Assembly (NCBI RefSeq): GCF_003018255.1
Contig: NZ_CP027440.1
Direction: 5' to 3' (one strand)
Length of the DNA stretch: 64,000 bases
Source: Escherichia coli
GTDB lineage: Bacteria; Pseudomonadota; Gammaproteobacteria; Enterobacterales; Enterobacteriaceae
Below the pieces are notes generated by a model. It saw only the letters and a list, made by a program, of their open reading frames with translations. It had not been told where the DNA came from and searched no databases. This document shows positions 9,395 through 21,037 of the stretch, piece after piece (positions within the stretch are counted from its first letter, which is position 1; the number at the start of each line of letters is the position of its first letter). A program made the translations under genes and the position numbers.

Positions 9395-10419
9395 TGGGAA
9401 AGAGTAAGAAGAACCGCGCTGCGGCGACGAAACAGATCCAGCTTAAAAGTCAAACTACAGCCGAAGCATTCAGCTTCGGCGATCCCGTTCCTGTTCTGGA
9501 CCGCCGAGAATTACTGGACTATGTGGAATGCGTACAGATGGACCGTTGGTATGAGCCGCCCGTCAGCTTTGACGGACTGGCGCGCACCTTCCGCGCTGCA
9601 GTGCATCACAGTTCCCCGATTGCAGTAAAGTGCAACATTCTGACCAGTACCTACATCCCTCACCCGCTGCTCAGCCAGCAGGCTTTTTCACGTTTTGTGC
9701 AGGACTATCTGGTATTTGGTAACGCCTACCTGGAGAAACGCACGAACCGATTCGGTGAAGTTATCGCCCTTGAGCCTGCGCTGGCAAAATACACCCGACG
9801 CGGGTTAGACCTGGATACCTACTGGTTTGTGCAATACGGCATGACTACACAGCCGTATCAGTTCACGAAAGGCAGCATTTTTCACCTGATGGAACCGGAT
9901 ATCAACCAGGAGATCTACGGCCTGCCCGGTTATCTTTCTGCCATTCCGTCAGCCCTGCTCAACGAGTCCGCCACGCTGTTCCGCCGGAAGTATTACATTA
10001 ACGGTAGTCATGCAGGCTTCATCATGTACATGACCGATGCCGCGCAGAACCAGGAGGATGTGAACAACCTCCGCAATGCGATGAAAAGCGCCAAAGGCCC
10101 TGGCAACTTCCGCAATCTGTTTATGTACTCGCCTAACGGCAAAAAGGACGGACTTCAGATTATCCCGTTGTCAGAAGTCGCAGCGAAGGATGAGTTTCTG
10201 AATATCAAAAATGTTAGTCGCGATGACATGATGGCAGCACACCGCGTGCCGCCACAGATGATGGGGATAATGCCAAATAATGTCGGGGGGTTTGGGGATG
10301 TGGAAAAAGCGAGTTTAGTGTTTGTGAGGAACGAATTAATACCCTTACAGAAAAGGATGCAGGAATTAAATAAATGGCTTGAAGATAATATATTACAATT
10401 CAAACCATATAAATTTTAA
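9391..10419 (+). CDS. Portal protein gpQ
   Basis: 342 aa; start overlaps the gpP stop; P2 Q-like. Confidence 0.9.
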   Translation: MMGKSKKNRAAATKQIQLKSQTTAEAFSFGDPVPVLDRRELLDYVECVQMDRWYEPPVSFDGLARTFRAAVHHSSPIAVKCNILTSTYIPHPLLSQQAFSRFVQDYLVFGNAYLEKRTNRFGEVIALEPALAKYTRRGLDLDTYWFVQYGMTTQPYQFTKGSIFHLMEPDINQEIYGLPGYLSAIPSALLNESATLFRRKYYINGSHAGFIMYMTDAAQNQEDVNNLRNAMKSAKGPGNFRNLFMYSPNGKKDGLQIIPLSEVAAKDEFLNIKNVSRDDMMAAHRVPPQMMGIMPNNVGGFGDVEKASLVFVRNELIPLQKRMQELNKWLEDNILQFKPYKF

Positions 10420-10460
10420 CGAAAAATCAGCCTTGGCGTTCATAACGTTAGGGCTGTTCA

Positions 10461-12430
<1,970 letters not shown>

Positions 12431-12459
12431 ATTTTGCCTATTTTAGGTGATAGCGCGCG

Positions 12460-12478
12460 CTCGTATCCCCGCCACGCC
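12460..12478. other. Candidate phage cos site
   Basis: Minus-strand read GGCGTGGCGGGGATACGAG; the first 13 nt match the 19-nt cohesive end of phage 186 as I recall it (GGCGTGGCGGGGAAAGCAT). Lies between the tum-like module and the portal side, as expected in the P2/186 map. Confidence 0.45.
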
Positions 12479-12526
12479 TGCCCGCTTTATGTAGTGGTTT
12501 TCATGCACCTGCATGATCTACGCAAA

Positions 12527-12546
12527 AGCCCGCCAGTTCTGGCGGG
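12527..12546 (-). terminator. Rho-independent terminator-like hairpin downstream of the DinI-like gene
   Basis: Perfect 9-bp stem GCCCGCCAG/CTGGCGGGC followed by TTTTG on the minus strand. Confidence 0.5.
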
Positions 12547-12682
12547 CCTTAGCAAAAACGATCCTCAAACGATCATGCGATCTCATGCGGCATAGACATG
12601 CACTACAGAGCTAACGCCTCGCAAGGGCTCGTTGTTCAACCTTGCTGACGCCAGAAACAAGTTCAGACGCCAGCAACGTTTC

Positions 12683-12916
12683 TTAATGCAGCCAGCTGTC
12701 GTCTTCCCACACCTTTTGCATAATTTTCATCACTTGCTTCCTTTCTTCGTCCAGTTGCAGTCCTGTCAGTTCCACACCGTTAGAGCTACCTTTACGGATA
12801 CGAATTACCGTTTTGGGATACAGGGGGCGCAGATTGCGGTAAAGCTCGGATTCAAGGGCGTCCAGGGTAGACTGGCTAATCTTCTGCTCTTTATCGATCA
12901 TTATTTCAATGCGCAT
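12683..12916 (-). CDS. DinI-family protein (Tum C-terminal-like)
   Basis: Start at MRIEIMIDK gives about 77 aa, resembling E. coli DinI (MRIEV...); downstream of a LexA box. Confidence 0.7.
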   Translation of the reverse strand: MRIEIMIDKEQKISQSTLDALESELYRNLRPLYPKTVIRIRKGSSNGVELTGLQLDEERKQVMKIMQKVWEDDSWLH

Positions 12917-12926
12917 AAAAGTCACC

Positions 12927-13115
12927 TCAGCTGATGACATCCATTGAGCGGTTGTATTCGTGGGTTCTGATTTTTGCCATGAGTTCATCTGTCAGTTCAG
13001 AAACCCACTGCAGAGCCAGCCCCTTCTCTTCATCACTACACTCACTAGCCGCTACAAGCTTAAGAAAAAAATCAATGCGCTGGAGCTTCAAAGACTCCAA
13101 AAAATAGTCCTGCAT
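12927..13115 (-). CDS. Small SOS-controlled protein (possible Tum N-terminal part)
   Basis: About 62 aa from MQDYF; overlaps the DinI-like ORF in another frame; first ORF after the LexA box. Confidence 0.45.
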   Translation of the reverse strand: MQDYFLESLKLQRIDFFLKLVAASECSDEEKGLALQWVSELTDELMAKIRTHEYNRSMDVIS

Positions 13116-13158
13116 CTTTCCTCCTATGACACCACACGCAATACTGTATGTATAACCA

Positions 13159-13174
13159 CTGTTTATATTTACAG
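13159..13174. promoter_or_regulatory. LexA (SOS) box
   Basis: Exact CTGT-N8-ACAG palindrome CTGTTTATATTTACAG about 45 bp upstream of the small ORF, in an AT-rich promoter-like stretch. Confidence 0.7.
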
Positions 13175-13268
13175 TATATAATAATCTTACTGATGTAAAA
13201 CGTTTTTTTACATTCATCAGCCTGATATGCCTGGTATTATTAAGAGCACGAATTGTTAACCCGCGTAA

Positions 13269-15710
13269 TTAATACAGGTTCCGCCACTGATCATCTTCCT
13301 GCAAACGCTGGTTCCGATAGAAGATACGCAGGCCTGCTCCTGACGGAATACTGCCTCCGCGAAGGAGTAAATCGACCTCTTTCTCGCTGCCATCAAATCC
13401 TCTGGACTTCAGCTCATACACGAGCTGCAGTCGCTGATGGTCTGTAATTCGCTGTTTGTAGTCTTTACGCCGTTTCGGTTTCACCAGGCGTAACCTTGCA
13501 GCCAGTTCCCGGCGCTCTTTTTTGCTCATACTGTGCAGGTAATCGTGCAACTCCTTGTCATCCATGCGGGTAATGTCCGTTCTGGTATCCCCATCAGCTG
13601 ATTTGTCTTTCCCTTGTTGGTTCAAATTTTCAGCAAGGGGACAGTTATTGCCACGAGTCCAAGGGGCGCAAGCGCCCTGGTCGGCTGCCGCCTCCTGAAC
13701 GTCAACGGCCTTACGAACCATTTTCCACTTCACTGCATGAGTGCAGATCTTGCCCTCTGCAATGGGTGACCAGATGCCATAAATACGAATACCGTGATCA
13801 CCATAGGCGGTCGGCTCTTCGTTGATTTCATAAGCGGTTCTGATCAAGTGATATTTGCGGGGAACCAGTACGCCGCCCTGCTTCATAATGTAGGTGGCAA
13901 AACAGCCAGCATCAGCAGCAGCCAGAATGGCATCAAGGCGCGGGTTATCCAGTACCGACGCACCTGCTTTTTTGTCACCCTGTTGCCTTGCCGCCTGACC
14001 AGCCAGCAATCGCAGTTCACGGTAAGCCTGACGCCCCGGAATGCCAAAGAAGCGGAATTGCTGAACACGATGCAGAGACGCCCAGGCATTAACGTATTCA
14101 GCATTATCACGCAGGGATTTACCCGTTTCCTTGCTGATCTCGCCAGCCAGACCACGCCCGTCAATGTTCTTACTGATGTATTTCGCGATGTAGCTTGTTG
14201 GCGTACCTTTGCGCGGGTTTATCAGCTCAGACTTAAAGCGTGGCCCCGTGTTATTACCCAGCTCCTCGCGGTCTTCACGAATGGCAAACTTACGCAGCAA
14301 AGCAGTAATGGCGCGGCGATCTTTTTTGCGCATGAAACACAACAGGTGCCAGTGAACTGTGCCGTCATGATGCGGCTCAGCCACCCGCACGCCATACCAG
14401 CGCAACCCGGTTTTGTGCATAGCCTTACGAAATGCAGCAAACATGCCGACCAGATAATCGCTGCTTTGTCTTACCGTCGCGTTTGTCCAGGTCGGGTTTG
14501 GTCTGCCGTTATTGAGCGTGGAATGGAAACGCGACGGACAGGTGATGGTGTAGAAAACGGCACAGTCACTGCGCATTTCCGCGATAAGCTCCAGACCTTT
14601 AACACAGGCCATCATCTCATTGCGGCGATGCGCCGGGTTGCTGCTGCTGGCCTTTACCACATCTTCCATATCCAGCGTGTCGCCGTTTTCGTTCACCAGT
14701 TCATGAGAACGGAAAAACTCCAGCGACTTACGGCGCTGCTCACGTTTATGCATCACGGCTTCATAGCTGACATAGGGAGATGCTTTTTTGCTGACCAGGC
14801 AGACAGCACGCAACTGCTCTTCCCGCCATTCGCAGCGCATCTTCCATAATTTCCGATACCACCAGTCGGCACACAACATACGCGCCAGCGAACCCGGAAT
14901 GAGTTCATAGGGCACGGGTTTGCGACGCTTTCTTTTCCGACGAAGTTGCTCAAACGCAGGCGGGATAACATCCAGTCGCAGGGTTTCCGCTGCCACCTTT
15001 TCCCATGTCTTGCGGATTTCTTCTGGCTTAACATCATCGGTGGCGTACAAATCACCACAAGCGGCATCAAGGCACATGCTCATATGCGCAGCTACCAGGG
15101 TGGACAGGCGTTTCACCTGATCCTGACTCATTTCAGGCAGGATCAGCAGGCCGTCCAGCCCTTCATGGCTCGCCATAAAGCGAAAAGAAGTGGATAGCTG
15201 ACTGTCGCGTACATGCTCCAGCCGTTCCAGACATGGCTTAATCGTCTCACGCAAATAGCGAGAATAAGCCTTTGGCCTGCCCAGGCTGCTGAAGTATTCA
15301 ATACGTTGCATCAGCGGCTTGCTGATATGGGAAGGCTGGGCGTTAACGTCCGCCAGAATGACCATGTCCGGATTAAAACGCTGCTGCTCATGCGCCAGCT
15401 TTGCCCGGCTAATGAGCTTATCCTGCTCCATTTCGCGTTGGACAGGATCACGGGATTCATTAAAGAAATAACGCTCCCAGACCTGATCACTCAGTGCCTC
15501 GCGGCGCAGTTGTTCCTGCTCGTTATCGGCAGCGTACAGAGTGATCAGGTTTGAAAGCGCAGAAACCGGCGCAACTTCCGCCGGGTCCAGATAAGGGTTA
15601 ATGGCTTTCTTAGGTAAATTCCACGAATAACCCCCGGCAGAATTCTCAATGCTACCGGAAGTTACACTGACAAATGGATCGGCAAGACGGCCTGTGCTGA
15701 TCTCTGTCAC
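13269..15710 (-). CDS. Replication initiation endonuclease (P2/186 gpA-like)
   Basis: 813 aa; Y-x-K catalytic-tyrosine-like region (YIAKYISKN); position as in P2/186; start overlaps the upstream stop as ATGA. Confidence 0.85.
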   Translation of the reverse strand: MTEISTGRLADPFVSVTSGSIENSAGGYSWNLPKKAINPYLDPAEVAPVSALSNLITLYAADNEQEQLRREALSDQVWERYFFNESRDPVQREMEQDKLISRAKLAHEQQRFNPDMVILADVNAQPSHISKPLMQRIEYFSSLGRPKAYSRYLRETIKPCLERLEHVRDSQLSTSFRFMASHEGLDGLLILPEMSQDQVKRLSTLVAAHMSMCLDAACGDLYATDDVKPEEIRKTWEKVAAETLRLDVIPPAFEQLRRKRKRRKPVPYELIPGSLARMLCADWWYRKLWKMRCEWREEQLRAVCLVSKKASPYVSYEAVMHKREQRRKSLEFFRSHELVNENGDTLDMEDVVKASSSNPAHRRNEMMACVKGLELIAEMRSDCAVFYTITCPSRFHSTLNNGRPNPTWTNATVRQSSDYLVGMFAAFRKAMHKTGLRWYGVRVAEPHHDGTVHWHLLCFMRKKDRRAITALLRKFAIREDREELGNNTGPRFKSELINPRKGTPTSYIAKYISKNIDGRGLAGEISKETGKSLRDNAEYVNAWASLHRVQQFRFFGIPGRQAYRELRLLAGQAARQQGDKKAGASVLDNPRLDAILAAADAGCFATYIMKQGGVLVPRKYHLIRTAYEINEEPTAYGDHGIRIYGIWSPIAEGKICTHAVKWKMVRKAVDVQEAAADQGACAPWTRGNNCPLAENLNQQGKDKSADGDTRTDITRMDDKELHDYLHSMSKKERRELAARLRLVKPKRRKDYKQRITDHQRLQLVYELKSRGFDGSEKEVDLLLRGGSIPSGAGLRIFYRNQRLQEDDQWRNLY

Positions 15711-16717
15711 TCACAGACTCCTGCATATACACTGCTGCACACCGCTTTATCATTCATGCCTGCCAGCAGGTCAAACTGCATACCGCCCCGAGTTGTTAAG
15801 GCCCAGTCCCGATAAGTTTCAATGCCATAAGCATCAACAGTTATGACTTCGATCCGTTTTTCATCACGGCGCGGATCATGCGTGGATGGAAAGAACGTTG
15901 AATTGCCACGTCTTGAACATTCCGCAACCAGTCTTTCCCACTCAGCCACTCGGCGGATTTCTTCTGGCCAGCGTTGGAAAATCTCAGCAAGTTCTGACTT
16001 GCGAGCATGAATACATGGCATACAACCGACACGACTGCATCCCTGCATATAAAGGGGGTTAGGCTTAATGCCATGACGTTTGGCAATAGCAAACACATCC
16101 TCATGCAGCCAATTAAGGATCGGACGATAAACATGCAGGCCCAGAGTATTGTCTGCATCGTCCTCCCACTCAGGCAACAATGCACGTTCCGGTGATTCCT
16201 GCCCCCGGACTCCTTGCCAGCTGATTACCTCATCGTATTCATCCAGAGCCGGATCGATTACCTGTGTACGTATTGGTTCATGTTTTAGTTCAAAAGTGCA
16301 GAAACGAGCTTTTGTTGAAGGGAAGCGACCTTTCCACATGCACAAATCAAGAAACGGAACGCCGGTTGGTTTAAGGATTTCCAGTGCCCGGTAAATACGT
16401 TCCTCAGCCTCATCTGTCGACATACCACATTCCTCAACGAGAGAAATGGGCCACTTTTCCGCAATGAATTTACGTTTCCCTTCTATCTGGCGTGTGAAAT
16501 CCGCTTTGACGCGAATAATCTTGCCCAGCTTTGATTCCAGATAATCCAGATATTCTATTGTCTGTGGATGTTCATGACCCGTATCGGCAAATACAGAAAT
16601 ATGCGGAACATCGTTTTCAATGGCTCTTAACCATTGAGCGAGACTATCTTTGCCACCAGAAGTAGTGATGATGTTAATGGTGCTTGAAGCAAAGCAACGC
16701 GGATCGATAGCATTCAT
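15707..16717 (-). CDS. PP-loop ATP pyrophosphatase, PAPS-reductase-like
   Basis: SGGKDS PP-loop motif near the N-terminus; C-terminal Cys clusters ([18 protein letters not shown]); ATGA-coupled to both neighbours. Confidence 0.75.
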   Translation of the reverse strand: MNAIDPRCFASSTINIITTSGGKDSLAQWLRAIENDVPHISVFADTGHEHPQTIEYLDYLESKLGKIIRVKADFTRQIEGKRKFIAEKWPISLVEECGMSTDEAEERIYRALEILKPTGVPFLDLCMWKGRFPSTKARFCTFELKHEPIRTQVIDPALDEYDEVISWQGVRGQESPERALLPEWEDDADNTLGLHVYRPILNWLHEDVFAIAKRHGIKPNPLYMQGCSRVGCMPCIHARKSELAEIFQRWPEEIRRVAEWERLVAECSRRGNSTFFPSTHDPRRDEKRIEVITVDAYGIETYRDWALTTRGGMQFDLLAGMNDKAVCSSVYAGVCE

Positions 16718-17562
16718 GCGCGTACCTCAACGGTACGGTCAGAGCCGCTGGCAAAATCGACACCAAACCACCCAGCTGATTTGGTGGCAATGATTTCTGT
16801 TGCAGATTTACTCTCGCCAGCTGACACGCCAATGCTGCGTTTTGACTTGATGTAGTGGTGAGTGAAATTGCGATACAGCGAACGGATCAGGGATGTGTCA
16901 CTGTTAGAAACAATGACCGGATGACCTTCAGATGATCGATGTTCAAGAACGGATGCCAGGTGATACTGGTCATCTTCAGTGAAGCCATCAGTGTGATAGC
17001 CGGAAAACGTACCGTCATAAGGCGGATCGCAATATACCACATCCCCCACCTTCAACATCGCCAGCGTTTCATCAAAGCTGGCGCAGATAAACGTTGCCCG
17101 CTGGGCTTTCTCTGCAAATGCGCGAATTTCTTTTTCAGGGAAATACGGATTTTTATAATTACCGTAGGGAATGTTGAAATACCCGCTCTTGTTATAGCGA
17201 CATAGCCCACGGTAACCATGACGATTGAGATACAGAAAATATACCGCTTTCATGAAATCAGTAATTTCAGTGGAGTAATTAAACTCCTGCCTTATGTTGT
17301 AATAAGCCACCTCTCTGTTTGCTTCCTCAAATAAAGCTCTGGCACGAGATATAAACGCCTCACAATCAGCAGCAACCTTTTTATAGAGGTTGATTAAATC
17401 AGGATTAATATCCGCAACCAGATAGCTGGGGTAATCCGTCTCCATCATCACAGCACAAGAACCCGCGAAAGGTTCAACCAGTCGCGGGCCAGCAGGAAGG
17501 TATTTTTTCAGTTCGGACATAATGGCGGTTTTATTACCCGCCCATTTCAGGATGGTGCTCAT
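16714..17562 (-). CDS. dam: DNA adenine methyltransferase (Dam-like, N6-adenine)
   Basis: DPPY catalytic motif and an N-terminal SAM-binding region (FAGSCAV); start at [11 protein letters not shown] overlaps the upstream stop. Confidence 0.85.
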   Translation of the reverse strand: MSTILKWAGNKTAIMSELKKYLPAGPRLVEPFAGSCAVMMETDYPSYLVADINPDLINLYKKVAADCEAFISRARALFEEANREVAYYNIRQEFNYSTEITDFMKAVYFLYLNRHGYRGLCRYNKSGYFNIPYGNYKNPYFPEKEIRAFAEKAQRATFICASFDETLAMLKVGDVVYCDPPYDGTFSGYHTDGFTEDDQYHLASVLEHRSSEGHPVIVSNSDTSLIRSLYRNFTHHYIKSKRSIGVSAGESKSATEIIATKSAGWFGVDFASGSDRTVEVRA

Positions 17563-17861
17563 ACAGCACCTCCTGCAATAACATATCCTAAAGCTTCTAA
17601 TGGGGTTAATGAGCGAATTGATAGCATCACCCATTGTTCTGAAACTGCCATGACGTCATTAACCGGAAGCACATGAGAGATAACCGCGGCCCATTCCCTA
17701 CCCGTAAATACGCCATGCTTCCATTCGCAAAGAGAAAGAACATCACCAACTTTATAGCCACGATCGTCTTTACGAAGTTCAGCCGTCTTTTGACCTGCAA
17801 CCACAGCGTTGAAATACTTAGGTGCAATTTTTAATTGATGGATACGCACAGCCCCTGTCAT
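17559..17861 (-). CDS. ASCH/DUF3850-like small protein
   Basis: About 100 aa from [44 protein letters not shown] overlap with the TraR-like gene. Confidence 0.55.
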   Translation of the reverse strand: MTGAVRIHQLKIAPKYFNAVVAGQKTAELRKDDRGYKVGDVLSLCEWKHGVFTGREWAAVISHVLPVNDVMAVSEQWVMLSIRSLTPLEALGYVIAGGAV

Positions 17862-18085
17862 ACAGCACCTCCGTTGTAATGTTTGCCTTTCAGCTCTGCG
17901 ATTTCCTGACAGGTAATGCAAAGCTGCACTCCTGGAATGGCGCGGCGGCGTGCTGGCGGAATTGGCGCTTCACATTCAATGCAAAGCACGCGAGACACGC
18001 CCGGTGTTTTGGCACGGGCAGCACGGATATGGCGCTGGCGTTCTTCTTCAACGCGCTGCTGTACGAGATCCATTGCATCAGCCAT
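17858..18085 (-). CDS. TraR/DksA-family C4 zinc-finger protein
   Basis: 75 aa with CIECEAPIP...CITCQ four-cysteine finger. Confidence 0.75.
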   Translation of the reverse strand: MADAMDLVQQRVEEERQRHIRAARAKTPGVSRVLCIECEAPIPPARRRAIPGVQLCITCQEIAELKGKHYNGGAV

Positions 18086-18324
18086 TAGTGGATCTCCTGC
18101 GCTTCGTTCTGGATTGCTTCAGCGGTCACACGCAGCAGTTCTGCCGCTTCGACGTGGTTTAGCTGGCGGGATGTGATATGACACGCAAGACTATCAAGGC
18201 GGGCAGCCATTGCTTCAGCCCTTGCCCGGCGTTCTTCCAGACGAGCCTCTGTCAGTAAAATATTAAGCCCTGCGTCATCCGGTCCGGTTTTAGTCGTGAG
18301 GGTTTCAATATTACGCATAATCAA
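18085..18324 (-). CDS. Hypothetical phage early protein
   Basis: 79 aa ORF in the early operon; no recognisable motif. Confidence 0.45.
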   Translation of the reverse strand: MIMRNIETLTTKTGPDDAGLNILLTEARLEERRARAEAMAARLDSLACHITSRQLNHVEAAELLRVTAEAIQNEAQEIH

Positions 18325-18385
18325 TTCTCCTGAATTTAGATAAAGGGATGCCCGGCGGGTTTACGCCATTAATTTCATTAGCTGG

Positions 18386-18727
18386 TTAATTCGGCATGGT
18401 TAGCCGTCTGGGAAATAAGCTCACCACTGCACGAAAATGATTCATTGCTTTAATCAACTCCCGCTTTTCGTCAGTGGTCAGCTCATTAATGCTGATGCTA
18501 TGACGTTCAGCTGGAATTTTTGCCATAAAGAATATGGCAGCCAGTGCCCGTTTATTTTGTTCGCTATTGATATCCCGTGGATCACGCATATCTTTAATAA
18601 ACCGCTCAAGCTCTGACTCAATATTCAGGCCAAAAACTTTCGCCCTTAACTCCGCAATGTGATTAAGTCCATTCAGGCGTTCACCGGGGCTTAATGGAAC
18701 AGTCGCCGCAGCGCCATTAATTGCCAT
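18386..18727 (-). CDS. Hypothetical phage early protein
   Basis: 113 aa ORF co-directional with the early operon. Confidence 0.45.
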   Translation of the reverse strand: MAINGAAATVPLSPGERLNGLNHIAELRAKVFGLNIESELERFIKDMRDPRDINSEQNKRALAAIFFMAKIPAERHSISINELTTDEKRELIKAMNHFRAVVSLFPRRLTMPN

Positions 18728-18749
18728 AATTCATATCCCCAAAACGCAA

Positions 18750-18974
18750 CTATCGTTCTTTGTTCTTACGGTAACGTTCAAGAGGAGATACATTTTTTCG
18801 TATCGTCTCTTTAACCTGCTCTCCCCGTAAAAACGTCCCATCCTTTAGCGTGAAAAAGTAACTGCCATCGCCCGACAACGACGGATAACAACAGAGCAAA
18901 TCATCTTCAGGTACTGAATAACTCTCCCCTCTGTAACGAAACTGATAAACCACTTCACTTTCCGCTGCATACAT
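18750..18974 (-). CDS. Hypothetical small phage protein
   Basis: 74 aa ORF; overlaps the next ORF in another frame, so only one may be real. Confidence 0.3.
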   Translation of the reverse strand: MYAAESEVVYQFRYRGESYSVPEDDLLCCYPSLSGDGSYFFTLKDGTFLRGEQVKETIRKNVSPLERYRKNKER

Positions 18975-19141
18975 TTTGACTTTCTCCGTTTCCCCGTGGT
19001 CAATTCAGACAGCAATTCATCTTGTGAACGGCACGGATGCCAGCGTTTACCATCCTTACCCATGATCCAGCCGTGACCGTAGTGCATTGCCGGGCTTTGT
19101 TTTACCAGCAGCGATGCAAATGATGGTTCTTTCGTCAGCAT
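18845..19141 (-). CDS. Hypothetical small phage protein in the fil/dhr position
   Basis: Start MLTKEPS lies just after the CII stop; basic C-terminus. Confidence 0.3.
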   Translation of the reverse strand: MLTKEPSFASLLVKQSPAMHYGHGWIMGKDGKRWHPCRSQDELLSELTTGKRRKSKCMQRKVKWFISFVTEGRVIQYLKMICSVVIRRCRAMAVTFSR

Positions 19142-19148
19142 AAGCACC

Positions 19149-19658
19149 TCACAGCAAACCGAATGAAGCACCGAGGCCAGTCACGGTATCAACTGCACTC
19201 GCCATCGCAGGATTAGCCTGTAAACGGGCCTGCAATGAAACAGCCGCCAGCGCCATCAGTCGTGTTACAGAGTTAATGCTGCTGATAGCATCACGACGAC
19301 CTGCACTGGTTTTTACATCGCCAGATACCGCACCTGCCGCGACACGTCCTATCTCTGCAGTTGCACTCATGACGTAATGCGGCAGTTTCTCTTTTGCTAC
19401 CTCATTAATCGGTACACATGGCAGGCAGTGAATCTGTGCCAGAAAACCATCTACCAGCGTTGAATCTTCAGTCAGATCGGTAAGCAACCAAATTTCTGGT
19501 GCGGTTAATAAATGAGGTTGAGCTGGGTTCAGTTTGTTCCGCAGAATCTGCACATTCATGCCTGCACGTTCTGCCAGTTGCACCAGATTGTGGCGCAGTG
19601 CGAATGCACGACAGGCTTCATCAAAATGTGGATGTTTGGAAACTTGGTAATCAAACAT
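19149..19658 (-). CDS. CII-like transcriptional activator (phage 186 type)
   Basis: [19 protein letters not shown]... resembles the 186 CII N-terminus as I recall it; about 169 aa from the internal Met. Confidence 0.8.
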   Translation of the reverse strand: MFDYQVSKHPHFDEACRAFALRHNLVQLAERAGMNVQILRNKLNPAQPHLLTAPEIWLLTDLTEDSTLVDGFLAQIHCLPCVPINEVAKEKLPHYVMSATAEIGRVAAGAVSGDVKTSAGRRDAISSINSVTRLMALAAVSLQARLQANPAMASAVDTVTGLGASFGLL

Positions 19659-19722
19659 GGTTTTCAACTCCGAACTTATCGCAAAATCGAACTCAGCGTC
19701 TTATTGCGAAAATAGACGTCTA

Positions 19723-19926
19723 TTAAGCAGACAAAGCATCAACAGTCAGAGCAGCCAGGTTAATCATTACCTTTTCACGTTTTTTGTCTTTACGAAGACG
19801 ATGACGAGGTAGTCGGCCATCAGCCAACATGTCGTTAATCGTATCAATAGAAAGGCCAGTCAGTTCGCTATAACGTTCGATTGTGACATGTGGTGTATTC
19901 AGAGTAATTGAAATGTTAGGTGTCAT
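19723..19926 (-). CDS. Apl/Cox-like excisionase and repressor
   Basis: 67 aa HTH protein, first gene of the lytic operon, divergent from CI. Confidence 0.7.
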   Translation of the reverse strand: MTPNISITLNTPHVTIERYSELTGLSIDTINDMLADGRLPRHRLRKDKKREKVMINLAALTVDALSA

Positions 19927-20069
19927 AAGGCAACATTCCTTCTAGATATGGCTTGTGGCGAGCCGTTGTTTGTCGTGATTAGTAGTGAAGGCTCCAAAAG
20001 AACACTTCTGGTTCAACTTTAAGATCTCTTTTGGAATCTGTCAACGAATTTTGGATTTCTTTGGAGGAC
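19927..20069. promoter_or_regulatory. Lysis-lysogeny switch region (pR/pL-like)
   Basis: Intergenic region between divergent apl and cI genes; inferred from 186 architecture, no promoter elements mapped. Confidence 0.4.
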
Positions 20070-20641
20070 TTGTGGATTTCAATAGCGGCGGTAAGAAAGC
20101 CATAGAACGTTTAGTTGAAGCATATGGGTTCGGTACCCGTCAGGCTCTCTGTGATCATTTAGGTGTTTCTAAGAGCACCATGGCAACGCGCTATATGCGT
20201 GATATTTTTCCAGCAGATTGGGTAATCCAGTGCGCCCTTGAAACGGGCACCTCGCTTAATTGGCTAACAACAGGGCATGGTTCAAAGCAAGCATCAGCAA
20301 ATACAAATACTATGGAAGTTGCTAAATATGTATTATCTGATGGGGCCTTGTGTGAAGACGGTTTTTATATTTTCGATAGGGAATTTCTACCGTCGGCATT
20401 CAAGAATATTTTTGCAATCACAGATAATAATTCTGAATTTGTTTGTGATAAGGAATTTGATGATATACGTGATGGTAAATGGGTAATAAGTATTGATGGC
20501 GAAATAACGATCCGTGACATTACTCGTTTACCCGGTGGAAGAATCTTCGTCGAGGGTGGAAACAGAGCCTTCGAATGCAAGATAGAAGACATTGAAATAA
20601 TTGGTAAAATTATAAGTTTAACAGTCAAGTATGTTAAATAG
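19985..20641 (+). CDS. CI-type immunity repressor (186 family)
   Basis: HTH region ([24 protein letters not shown]) plus C-terminal domain; ORF start is probably an over-call, true start likely near the GTG at about 20070. Confidence 0.75.
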   Translation: MKAPKEHFWFNFKISFGICQRILDFFGGLVDFNSGGKKAIERLVEAYGFGTRQALCDHLGVSKSTMATRYMRDIFPADWVIQCALETGTSLNWLTTGHGSKQASANTNTMEVAKYVLSDGALCEDGFYIFDREFLPSAFKNIFAITDNNSEFVCDKEFDDIRDGKWVISIDGEITIRDITRLPGGRIFVEGGNRAFECKIEDIEIIGKIISLTVKYVK

Positions 20642-20657
20642 TACCGGGAGGAAAACT

Positions 20658-20849
20658 ATGCTTGGTAAGGTATTTTTTGTGGTTTTGTCATGTTCTTTGT
20701 TATTAAACCCACTAACTACCTATGCTAGAAATTATCCCTGTTCAGGGAAAAAGGGAGGTGTTTCTCACTGTACCTCAGATGGCAAATTTGTTTGCAATGA
20801 TGGAACTATTAGTAAATCCAAAAAAATCTGTACTAAAAACTCACGATAA
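20658..20849 (+). CDS. Small secreted cysteine-rich protein (moron)
   Basis: 63 aa with signal peptide [23 protein letters not shown] and a mature part with six Cys; AT-rich; sits between cI and int. Confidence 0.5.
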   Translation: MLGKVFFVVLSCSLLLNPLTTYARNYPCSGKKGGVSHCTSDGKFVCNDGTISKSKKICTKNSR

Positions 20850-21037
20850 CTTTTGCTTTTATATCTGCGCCTAAAATAAAAATGAGCCGCAGGTTAACCG
20901 CAAAAATTACATGCTCACATAGCAAAAAGAATAGCCAACTTAATTATGGCTTCAGTGAGATGTATGGTCGTAGGATTTCATACATTGACACTGGTTATAC
21001 ATACAGTGAAAATGCTCTCTACTGGAGGGCATTTTTT

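Noticed and set aside
13794-14849. 351-aa plus-strand ORF
   Set aside because: Entirely antisense to replication gene A; no recognisable domain.
18085-18727. Possible Ogr/B-type late activator among the small early ORFs
   Set aside because: The only four-cysteine zinc finger here (17858..18085) resembles TraR/DksA rather than Ogr; by P2/186 order the late activator should lie near the other prophage end, outside this window.
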